Of a stretch of 64,000 nucleotides of DNA, positions 56,216-64,000 are shown piece by piece; position 1 is the first letter of the stretch; every line of letters starts with the position of its first letter. Where the stretch lies: positions 1,534-65,533 of the forward strand of contig VRUH01000019.1 of NCBI GenBank assembly GCA_019456185.1, written 5' to 3'. The notes below the pieces were generated by a model that saw only the letters and a list, made by a program, of their open reading frames with translations, was not told where the DNA came from and made no database searches. The position numbers and the translations under genes were made by a program. The stretch is from Candidatus Glassbacteria bacterium. Lineage in GTDB: Bacteria; Gemmatimonadota; Glassbacteria; GWA2-58-10.

Positions 56216-58894
56216 TCAGGGAACCACCCGGATGTCGGCGTCGGGGTGGGCGGCCGGGTCGAAAGTGATCACCTCGGAGTCCCCGCCCCAGATCACCCTT
56301 ACGCTCAGCCTGTCCAGACGGACAACCTCCGGCGCCGGATCACCCTCGCGCCAGGGATAGATTACCGCGAGGTAGCGAATCCGGCGGCAGGGTTCCGTAT
56401 TCGAGAGCCAGATATTGTGGGTGACCACCTCGGGGTAATCGCCCTCCCAGTTGCGGTCGTAGCGGGTGATCGGCCTGACATGGGGACGGTAATCCTCCCC
56501 GGTGATCGGGTTGACCAATCCCTGCCCGGCCAGCCTGTCCTCGAATTCGGTTTTCCTGTCGGCGGCCACGCTGACCAGGATGTTGACCCCGCCGAGAGTG
56601 TAGGTGAACTCTCCCCGGCCGCCGTCCCATTCAAGCGGGACCTCCTGCAGAACGTGATAGAGCCAGCTGAATGTGCTGCCCTCCGGCCGCTGAGCCGAGT
56701 CTACCTCGAGATCGTCGAGCATCACGAAATAGCGGCCGTCGACGAAGAGCACGTGACGGTCGGCGCGCAGGAGATACGACAGGTCGCGCTCTTCGTAGGG
56801 ATCGTTTGTCCCGTCACCCAGCTTGCCCCAGAACTCGCGGTAGAGGTAAGGGTACTGGATGTACGAGTTCGCCGCCTCGCCCTTGATGTAGACCGTCCCG
56901 TCGCGCTCGGCGTAGCGCTCGATCCTGGCCGCCCAGGGATTGTGAAGTTCCAGCCGGAAATTGTTCATCCGCGCCGGGTTGGGCTGCGCCTGCCCCAGCC
57001 CGTCAACCAGCACGATATTGTGGCTCATCGAGTGGTGGGCGTGACGGTCTCCGTTCTGGGTGCTGCCGCCGGCGTGGGTGATATTCTCGCCGTAGGCGTA
57101 AATCTGGTAGCCGTTGTCGCTGAAAAAGCTGTGGTTGTAGGCGCCGCGCGGCCGCGCGCGGAAGGTTATCCCCACGTTATCGGCAAAGTTGTCGAGTTCG
57201 CCGGGGTAGAGGTTGCTGGCGCTCACCCAGCCGCCGTCGGGGAACAGCCGCGAGCGCGGGGCCGGTTCCCTGGTCTCCGGCTTTTTGTAGTAATGCGGCA
57301 GGGCATACTCGATCCAGGGCCTGTGGTACTTGCGATGGGTGCCGTAGCCGATCTGCTCCAGCCTGCGGAGGGCATCGCTCCAGCCGGTCAGGAACCGGGC
57401 GTTGCCGGTAAGATAGGCCAGTTTGCGGAAACTGCTGACCCGGTTATTAAGGTAATACGGCTCCATCAGGCCGATATTGCCGAACGAGAGGTGCGGCAGA
57501 CCCATCACGGCCGTCCTGGTGAACCATTCGCCGATATCGTGCAGAAACGGATTGCGGCCGAAATTCGCATCGGCCAGCGCCATGTCGTAGTAACTGACGG
57601 CGAACGTGTGCCACTTGAACTTGGAGAGTCCGTAGCCGGGACCCTCGTTCCACGCATCCTGGCCGAACGGGCTGTTGACGCCGGTGTAATAGTTGACCGC
57701 CAGCTCGTAGGTGGTCTGGAAAATCCCGCCCTCCTCGTAAGCGGCCAGCCCGGCCGGGACTGTGTAGTTGATATTCTCGAACGGGTGGCTGGAGGGCCCC
57801 ACCGCTATGCTGCCGGCGGATACGCGGGTGCCCCTGCGCTGACGCCAGGAGTAGCTGTTGACGATATGGTCGGTGCGCCAGCGGAGGCTTTCGAGCACGA
57901 TCTTGCGCATATCGGCGGTCAGGCGGTCGTGGAACCAGTCGTAGAACAGGCTCAGGTATTCATTGAGCGCAACCGCGTCCTCGCCGCCGCCCTCGGTGCC
58001 GGAGGGCGCGGTAGCCCCGCCGGTGGTCCAGCCGGCGACAGTCACCATCCGGCCGGCTACGGCCAGGAACCTGTTATCGCCGGTGAGCATGTGGGCGAAC
58101 GCCATGTTCATCAGCCGCTCGATTATCAGCATATACGGGTCATCGCCGCCGTCGGGGTCGGGCCAGGCCGGGATATCCGGGTACAGGGCGCGCAGGGAAT
58201 CACGGCCGATAGTGTCGGTGCGGGGGAAGTCGGCGAACCAGGACGCCCGCAGGTCGGCGGTGGCCTCGCCGAGGACTTTCTCGTAGATCTCGCGGCTGAA
58301 CGGGTGGGTTCTGGCCAGGGCGCGCAGGCTGTCGGTGTTGGAGCGGGTAAAGATGATCCGCGGGTGGCCGACGCCCTTGAAATCCGGTTTCGCCAGGCCG
58401 GAGCGGTCCCAGGTGACGGCTTCCGGCGCAATGACGAACGAGCGGGTTTTCCGCCAGTCGATCCCATTTACGAGTTCAGGGTCGTAGTAACCGACCCGCC
58501 AGTAAATCGCGCCCGGCGCTGGAAAGGGGGAGAGCGTGTTGTAGAAATTGAACGGAGTGGCCGGGATATCCACCAGCACGCTGTCGAAATCCGGGTCGGC
58601 GGAGACCTGGAAGCGCCAGTGGCGGATGGGCAGGTGGTTCCGGTCCTCGCGGCCCGGCGGGAGCATGATTGTCGGTTCGTAAGGCCAGCTGAACCGCGGG
58701 GGGTTGAGCCGCACGGTGTCGCGGTCGCCGGGCCGCCAGACCACGGCCAGGTTGTAGAGCATGCTCTCGGACACCGGCTGGCCGCTGTTGGCCCCGGTGA
58801 AGACTACTAATCTCTTTCCTTCAGTAACGGCACCTTTATTACAACCATAAACGAAAACAAAAAAAAGCACTAAGAGTAAGTTACCAGTGCTCAT
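56216..58894 (-). CDS. Heparinase II/III-like (polysaccharide lyase family) lipoprotein, 892 aa; N-terminal ~37 codons are AT-rich
   Basis: Lipobox VYGC. Alpha/alpha-toroid plus beta-sandwich heparinase II/III-like sequence (…GENITHAGGSTQNGDRHAHHSMSHNIVLVDGLGQ…). The first codons use tta/aga/gta, unlike the rest of the gene. Confidence 0.6.
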   Translation of the reverse strand: MSTGNLLLVLFFVFVYGCNKGAVTEGKRLVVFTGANSGQPVSESMLYNLAVVWRPGDRDTVRLNPPRFSWPYEPTIMLPPGREDRNHLPIRHWRFQVSADPDFDSVLVDIPATPFNFYNTLSPFPAPGAIYWRVGYYDPELVNGIDWRKTRSFVIAPEAVTWDRSGLAKPDFKGVGHPRIIFTRSNTDSLRALARTHPFSREIYEKVLGEATADLRASWFADFPRTDTIGRDSLRALYPDIPAWPDPDGGDDPYMLIIERLMNMAFAHMLTGDNRFLAVAGRMVTVAGWTTGGATAPSGTEGGGEDAVALNEYLSLFYDWFHDRLTADMRKIVLESLRWRTDHIVNSYSWRQRRGTRVSAGSIAVGPSSHPFENINYTVPAGLAAYEEGGIFQTTYELAVNYYTGVNSPFGQDAWNEGPGYGLSKFKWHTFAVSYYDMALADANFGRNPFLHDIGEWFTRTAVMGLPHLSFGNIGLMEPYYLNNRVSSFRKLAYLTGNARFLTGWSDALRRLEQIGYGTHRKYHRPWIEYALPHYYKKPETREPAPRSRLFPDGGWVSASNLYPGELDNFADNVGITFRARPRGAYNHSFFSDNGYQIYAYGENITHAGGSTQNGDRHAHHSMSHNIVLVDGLGQAQPNPARMNNFRLELHNPWAARIERYAERDGTVYIKGEAANSYIQYPYLYREFWGKLGDGTNDPYEERDLSYLLRADRHVLFVDGRYFVMLDDLEVDSAQRPEGSTFSWLYHVLQEVPLEWDGGRGEFTYTLGGVNILVSVAADRKTEFEDRLAGQGLVNPITGEDYRPHVRPITRYDRNWEGDYPEVVTHNIWLSNTEPCRRIRYLAVIYPWREGDPAPEVVRLDRLSVRVIWGGDSEVITFDPAAHPDADIRVVP

Positions 58895-58908
58895 ATTAAG
58901 GCGATGAT

Positions 58909-59682
58909 TTATATTGCATTCACTAAAAATTTTTGAATCCCCGATTCATTTGATTCAATATTTGAAAATATCTTTTCCCCAACATCACAATATCTCGCGA
59001 CCACTTTTGTATTTATTTGTTCCAAATCTTCAAAAATGCCCAATGAGCTAAATTCAAATCCCCATTTCTCAAATTGGAAAAGAGTAATTGTTGCGTCTCT
59101 AGTTTTGTCCTCATTAGCCAGAGCAAAAATAAGTAGTGGCCTTTTCATGCTATTGATTCTACAATCAACAACATATTTCTTTTTATTATCTCTTTCCTTG
59201 CTAAACCAATCGAATTCAACTCTACTTTCATCCATATTTTCTAAAATAACTCGCCTGAAATCTTCGTAAAAAATCGATTTTGCTCTTTCTTGAGCTAAAT
59301 ACTCTATATCCGAGATTTTTATTAATCCTTGAATAAAAGAAAATACTGAGTCGCCAAATTCACCATTTTCAATTTTGAGTCTCAACTCCCCTCTATTATC
59401 TTTTATACCGTACTGCTCCAAAGTTGTATTTATTATTTTGTTTCTTGTTCCTCGACTCAAATCGTTTTCTTCCATTTCATATGTCAGATGCATGATTGTA
59501 TGGCCTTCATCTGACAAATACCAGTGCGCACCACTTTTTTTGATTAAAACAACGAAGTGATCACCATCACTAAATGTGAAAGGCGTGGATACAAAATACC
59601 TGTCTATACCTTCTTTTTGTATGTGAACTTTCTCACATATTTTTTTCTTAACTTCTTCTTCTATTTTGGTTATGTTCACCAT
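58909..59682 (-). CDS. Hypothetical protein, DUF1828/DUF1829-like (257 aa), very AT-rich
   Basis: About 30% GC. The N-terminal pattern ...STPFTFSDGDHFVVLIKKSGAHWYLSDEGHT... resembles DUF1828, which is usually paired with DUF1829 in about 250-aa proteins. Stops 14 nt before the heparinase-like gene start. Confidence 0.5.
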   Translation of the reverse strand: MVNITKIEEEVKKKICEKVHIQKEGIDRYFVSTPFTFSDGDHFVVLIKKSGAHWYLSDEGHTIMHLTYEMEENDLSRGTRNKIINTTLEQYGIKDNRGELRLKIENGEFGDSVFSFIQGLIKISDIEYLAQERAKSIFYEDFRRVILENMDESRVEFDWFSKERDNKKKYVVDCRINSMKRPLLIFALANEDKTRDATITLFQFEKWGFEFSSLGIFEDLEQINTKVVARYCDVGEKIFSNIESNESGIQKFLVNAI

Positions 59683-59688
59683 AATAAA

Positions 59689-60159
59689 TCACCAAAGCTT
59701 CATTTGTCCGTCAAGTGACGGTGTAAAACCACATTCTTGCAACATCAAACTCAGTGCACTATCTAAATCAAAAAAACTTTTTGATAATTCTGCGTAAGTT
59801 TCATCCTTCCATGGACTGTCTACATATTTTTCTGTAGCTGTGTGTTTGTGAAAACCACGGAATGTTTCCTTTTCCAAATGATTTGTATGTTCATGTGTAT
59901 TTCCGTTGTAGCGCCGAAGAATTATTATCCTGTTGGTTTCCTGTGGACAATACGCTAAGATCACAGAAAATGACAAGTGATTATGTTGGCTTTGACGCAA
60001 AAGCAACCTGAAATAATTCCCATTCTCGCCCTCTAATTCAAGTTGAGCTTCCTTATTTCTATTTCTAATCTTTAATGTTAGCCTCTTTTTATAATCGGGA
60101 GGTAATCTTTTCTCCTCTCTCAATAACTCTTCTATCCAATCATCTGTTAATTCTTTCAC
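59689..60159 (-). CDS. Hypothetical protein (156 aa), very AT-rich; contains R-x(4-6)-H segment (RRYNGNTHEH)
   Basis: Clean ORF 6 nt upstream of the DUF1828-like gene. I recognise no family. An HEPN-like Rx4-6H motif is only a guess. Confidence 0.5.
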   Translation of the reverse strand: MKELTDDWIEELLREEKRLPPDYKKRLTLKIRNRNKEAQLELEGENGNYFRLLLRQSQHNHLSFSVILAYCPQETNRIIILRRYNGNTHEHTNHLEKETFRGFHKHTATEKYVDSPWKDETYAELSKSFFDLDSALSLMLQECGFTPSLDGQMKLW

Positions 60160-60240
60160 GTCATTCTCCTCAACTAAACATTAAAACCTCCTTAGAATTT
60201 ATTCAAATCAAAACCCTAAATCAATTGTCTTTGTATAAAA

Positions 60241-61686
60241 TCAAAACAGCACCCTGGCCCCGGCCGAGGGCCGCAGGGCCAGCAGGGCGTCCTGGGGGCG
60301 CTGGGCGTAGCGCTCGGCGGCGGCGGGGAATTCCTTGATCGCGTCTTCGTAATATTTCTCCTTCAATGCCGCCAGGACCGTGTCCACCTTGTCATCGGCA
60401 ACGAGGTGGACCGTGCAGCCGCCCCAGCCCGCGCCGGTCAGACGGCTGCCGCTGGTGCCCGCCTCGCGGCCGAAATCGACCAGCAGCTCCAGGCTGGGGT
60501 GGGAAATCTCGAAATCATCGCGGCAACTGATCCAACTGCCGTTCATCCGGCGGCCGAACGCCTCCCCGTCGCCGGCCTCGATCACTTTCACGCTCTCCTC
60601 GACCCGGATCGCCTCTGAGATCACGTGGCGCGCCCGCGCACCGATCCGCAGGCCGTCCTCCGGCTCGGGCAGCGGCTCGCCGGAGCGGGCCGTGTAGAGC
60701 GTGCTTTCCACCTCTTCCAGGGGTTTGTCCAGGAATTCGGCGACATCATGCCTGGTGTAGCGCTCGCGGGTGAAAGTCCGCTCGTGGCCCCTGAGGGTTT
60801 CGACCCTGCCGAGCTTGAAAAAGATATCCCCGATCCGCTCGATACCCTCGCCCTCCAGCCCCATGGTTTTAACCATCATGGCGCAGGCGATCTGGCAGGC
60901 GGCGGGCAGGAGGTTGAACCTGATCCGCGAGACCTCGGTCTTGGCCGAGACAACCATCGAGTTGGCCACGACGATCGTGAAGCCGGCGGGGAGCGCCACG
61001 GGCCGGGCGGAGAGCGGAAAGAAACCGATCCTGAGCGCCTTGCCTTTTTCGCTGAGGATACTGGCGGCGTGATCCATCCCGCCGCCCTGGGTGCCGACAT
61101 ACCACTCGGCCCTGGCCATCAGGTCGGCCAACTCCAGCGGCGGCATGCCGAGGCCGGAGGACTCCAGCACGGCCATCGCCGAGGCGACCACCAGGGTGCT
61201 GCTGCTGGACAGGCCGGAACCGACCGGCACGGTGCCGAGAAACGAGCCGTTGAATCCCTTGAGCTTTTCCACGCCGCCCTGGTGATCGACAATCCCCTGC
61301 ACGCCGGCCTTGATATAGTTGCCCCAGTCGCCGGTGTCGAACTTGGGAATGTCGGGGGAGATCTCGAACTCGCGGTCGTCGTATTCCGGGTTGACCGCAA
61401 TCACCTTCCTGTCATCGCGGGGAGAGAGTGCGATCAGCATATCGTAGTCGATAGCCATCGGGAACACGGGGAGTCCGTTGTAGTCCAGATGTTCGCCGAT
61501 CACGTTGACCCTGCCCGGAGCCTTGAGCACGATTACCTGCTTATCCTCGGGAAACCTTTCGGCGTGGTATTCCAGCACTCGCAGGAAACGGTCGGTGACG
61601 TCGATGTTGTAATGCTTGTCGAGCTGAGCCAGCAGTTCGGAGTCCCTGTCGCCGAGACGGGCGATCAGCTTATCTCTGTCTGTCAT
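60241..61686 (-). CDS. galK: Galactokinase (GHMP kinase)
   Basis: PGRVNVIGEHLDYNG (GalK signature). GHMP motif PVGSGLSSSS. Start MTDRDKLIARL at about 61686. Confidence 0.85.
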   Translation of the reverse strand: MTDRDKLIARLGDRDSELLAQLDKHYNIDVTDRFLRVLEYHAERFPEDKQVIVLKAPGRVNVIGEHLDYNGLPVFPMAIDYDMLIALSPRDDRKVIAVNPEYDDREFEISPDIPKFDTGDWGNYIKAGVQGIVDHQGGVEKLKGFNGSFLGTVPVGSGLSSSSTLVVASAMAVLESSGLGMPPLELADLMARAEWYVGTQGGGMDHAASILSEKGKALRIGFFPLSARPVALPAGFTIVVANSMVVSAKTEVSRIRFNLLPAACQIACAMMVKTMGLEGEGIERIGDIFFKLGRVETLRGHERTFTRERYTRHDVAEFLDKPLEEVESTLYTARSGEPLPEPEDGLRIGARARHVISEAIRVEESVKVIEAGDGEAFGRRMNGSWISCRDDFEISHPSLELLVDFGREAGTSGSRLTGAGWGGCTVHLVADDKVDTVLAALKEKYYEDAIKEFPAAAERYAQRPQDALLALRPSAGARVLF

Positions 61687-61763
61687 CTTGCGGTCTCCCC
61701 GGAGTACTTTTCTGTTGGTATAGTTAACGGCGGAAGCGCTCAAGCCGCCGGCGGATTACCCGT

Positions 61764-62042
61764 TTATCCCATCCTGGGCTTTTCGCCGGTGCGAAACACC
61801 ACGCGGTCGTAGGCCGCCCCGGGCCGGAGGTTGCGGAAGTTGACTGGGAGGCAGGCCGCGAATTTTTTATCGTCGATCGTAACGCGGAACGGCCCGCCGA
61901 TTTCGAACTTCACCGTATCGACCATCTGCACATCGTTCAGGGTGATCTCGCTGCCCCCCTCATCGAGAGGCATCACCGCACCCAGCTTGCCCCAGCCGAC
62001 ATCGTTATCTCCCTGAGCGATCCTGACAACCGGTAAGTCCAT
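61764..62042 (-). CDS. Small conserved hypothetical protein (92 aa)
   Basis: Host codon bias. AGGAG RBS 7 nt before MDLPVVRIAQGDND.... Lies between galK and purD. Confidence 0.45.
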   Translation of the reverse strand: MDLPVVRIAQGDNDVGWGKLGAVMPLDEGGSEITLNDVQMVDTVKFEIGGPFRVTIDDKKFAACLPVNFRNLRPGAAYDRVVFRTGEKPRMG

Positions 62043-62162
62043 TGCCTGCTCCTGTTGTTTTGGCCGAATCAGGGCGGACACGTGGGTCCGCCCCTACATC
62101 AAATCCTTAGCGGACGAAACAGTGAATTGGTCTGGTGAAAATGATTAGAAATATTAACCTGT

Positions 62163-63449
62163 TCAGGTTTTTTTCTTTAGCCGTTCGATCTCGCGCCAGG
62201 CGATATCCCGGCGGCAGTAGCCGCCATCGAACGAGATCAGGTCCACGCCCTCGTACGCCCTGGCGGCGGCATCGGTCACATTGCCGCCCAGGCCTGTCAC
62301 ACCCAGCACGCGGCCGCCGGCGGTAACCATCGAACCATCGCACTCAGACGTGCCGGCATGGTAGACGATAATATCTTCCCTGCCGTCCAGCTCCGGAGCG
62401 AATTCGATTCGCTTGCCCTTTTGATAGCCGCCCGGATAGCCGCCGCTGGCCATCACCACGCACACTGCCGCCCCGTCGGTGACCCCCGCTTCCGCGCCGG
62501 AGAGCGACCCCACCGCGGACTCTTTCATCAGCTCCAGCAGGTTCCCCTCGAGCAGGGGCAGCACGACCTGGGTTTCGGGATCGCCGAACCGGCAGTTGAA
62601 CTCGACCACTTTGGGTCCATCGGCGGTAATCATCAAGCCGGCATACAGGCAGCCCCGGTAGGGAGTTCCCCTGAGCGCCAGCTCCGCCACCACCGGCTCC
62701 ATAATCCGCCGCATCACAGTGCCCATCAGCAACGGAGTGGCGATTGCCACGGGGGCGTATGAACCCATACCGCCGGTATTGGGTCCGGTGTCTCCCTCGC
62801 CGACCGCCTTGTGGTCCTGGCTGGGCACGAGCGGCACCACGTTCCGGCCATCGGCCAGGGCCAGCACACTCAGCTCCTCGCCGGTCATCATCTCTTCGAT
62901 CACCACCGCAGCGCCCGCCTCGCCGAATGCACGGTCGGCAAGGATCAAGTTAACGGCGTCGCGGGCCGCCAGCCGGCTGCGGCAGACAATCGCACCCTTG
63001 CCCGCAGCCAGGCCATCGGCCTTGACCACACACTGCTCGGGTCCATTGCCGATATGGGACAGCGCCGCGCCGAGTTCGGTGAACACTTCGAACGATGCTG
63101 ACGGCACACCGGCATCGCGCATCAACTGCTTGGAGAACACCTTGCTGCTTTCGATTCTGGCCGCCCCGGCACCGGGACCGAACACATCGCGCCCGGCGGC
63201 GATCAGGGAGTCGGCCAGGCCATCCGCCAGCGGGACCTCCGGCCCCACCACCACCAGATCGGAATCGATTTCATTTGCCGTCCGCACGACTGCTCCCACG
63301 TCGGTGGGACCGACATCCACACTCCGCGCAAGGCCGGCCATGCCGGGGTTACCGCGGGTGATATAGAATTCACTTTCAGGGCTGTCGGCGGCAAGCCGCC
63401 ACAGGAGGGCATGCTCACGCCCCCCGTTACCGACAATCAGCACTTTCAT
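62163..63449 (-). CDS. purD: Phosphoribosylamine--glycine ligase
   Basis: MKVLIVGNGGREHAL...EEMMTGEELSV...GGMGSYAPV are PurD ATP-grasp motifs. Confidence 0.9.
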   Translation of the reverse strand: MKVLIVGNGGREHALLWRLAADSPESEFYITRGNPGMAGLARSVDVGPTDVGAVVRTANEIDSDLVVVGPEVPLADGLADSLIAAGRDVFGPGAGAARIESSKVFSKQLMRDAGVPSASFEVFTELGAALSHIGNGPEQCVVKADGLAAGKGAIVCRSRLAARDAVNLILADRAFGEAGAAVVIEEMMTGEELSVLALADGRNVVPLVPSQDHKAVGEGDTGPNTGGMGSYAPVAIATPLLMGTVMRRIMEPVVAELALRGTPYRGCLYAGLMITADGPKVVEFNCRFGDPETQVVLPLLEGNLLELMKESAVGSLSGAEAGVTDGAAVCVVMASGGYPGGYQKGKRIEFAPELDGREDIIVYHAGTSECDGSMVTAGGRVLGVTGLGGNVTDAAARAYEGVDLISFDGGYCRRDIAWREIERLKKKT

Positions 63450-63467
63450 TTCAACTCTCCGCGGGGC

Positions 63468-63803
63468 TTAACTTGACGTATTCTCTCTAATCCAGTCCAG
63501 GTAGGGTCCGTGCCCGGCCTCGATCGGCAGGGCGACCACCTCGGGGACCTCGTATGCGTGCAGCTCAACCACCCGGCTGCGCAGGGACTCGAAGAGCGCC
63601 GCGCGGGTCTTGAGCATCAGCAGGACCTCGAGCTCATCCTCCACTTTACCCTGCCAGCGGTAGATTGAACGGACCGAGCCCAGCACGTTGCCGCAGGCGG
63701 CCAGGCGCTCCTCCACCACTGTCCGCGCGATTAGCAGAGCGTCGTTTTCACTGCCGACGGTTACGAACACAGCAATAAATTTTTGTTCGTGCTTTGAGTT
63801 CAA
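63468..63803 (-). CDS. cutA: Divalent-cation tolerance protein CutA
   Basis: 111 aa. The motif ...AACGNVLGSVRSIYRWQGKVEDE...HAYEVPEVVALPI is CutA1-like. Confidence 0.8.
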   Translation of the reverse strand: MNSKHEQKFIAVFVTVGSENDALLIARTVVEERLAACGNVLGSVRSIYRWQGKVEDELEVLLMLKTRAALFESLRSRVVELHAYEVPEVVALPIEAGHGPYLDWIRENTSS

Positions 63804-64000
63804 AGACTGCCTGCTTATTATGTTATCTCGTCGCCAACCTGAAATTCGGTGTGAAAATCAAGCTAACACCTACCAGTTGTGATGGCAATACCACCCGGCC
63901 AGGGCGAGTGACGGGAATACCCAGCCGAATATTTGCCGCAACCGAGTAGGTATAAATGGCAAGTTTCCCCATTCACCAGTTTTGACAGGAGTGTTCGACT

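Noticed and set aside
1-64000. CRISPR arrays, IS elements, integrases, rRNA
   Set aside because: I saw no regularly spaced short repeats, no transposase or integrase-like ORFs, and no rRNA-like segments anywhere in the window.

Overview
High-GC (about 63-66% by eye) bacterial chromosomal segment, most likely from a Gram-negative (diderm) organism. This is suggested by outer-membrane beta-barrel proteins, lipoproteins, many Tat-exported periplasmic enzymes, type IV pilins, SurA and Mla. Most of the window is core housekeeping with strong coding density and many 4-20 bp start/stop overlaps that look like operons: purN/purH-N, metE, gltX, ispDF, radA, mlaFED, dnaB, coaBC, gmk, yicC, holB-yaaT, ftsEX-envC, pdxA-surA, galK, purD, cutA. 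Accessory content sits between these blocks. (1) A lower-GC block at the left edge carries a czcCBA-type heavy-metal RND efflux operon and abuts the 3' end of tRNA-Val. (2) There are tandem Tat-signal Gfo/Idh/MocA oxidoreductases (GFOR-like) and other Tat substrates. (3) An MFS, a sugar-phosphate isomerase and a fused membrane/spermidine-synthase/TPR gene form a cluster. (4) A five-gene type IV pilin / minor pilin operon has a sigma54-like promoter. (5) There are large secreted hypothetical or polysaccharide-lyase-like lipoproteins. (6) A very AT-rich (about 30% GC) two-gene insertion at 58.8-60.25 kb sits between galK and a heparinase-like lipoprotein gene; it encodes a DUF1828/1829-like protein and a small unknown protein. 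This is my main candidate for an undescribed, horizontally acquired (defence or toxin-like) module. Other points are two about 125-bp direct repeats bracketing radA, a stand-alone PurH IMP-cyclohydrolase domain, and sigma54-type promoters upstream of pilA and hsp20. Long antisense ORFs in the six-frame track are high-GC artefacts. Coordinates for starts and small motifs were counted by hand and may be off by 1-3 nt.
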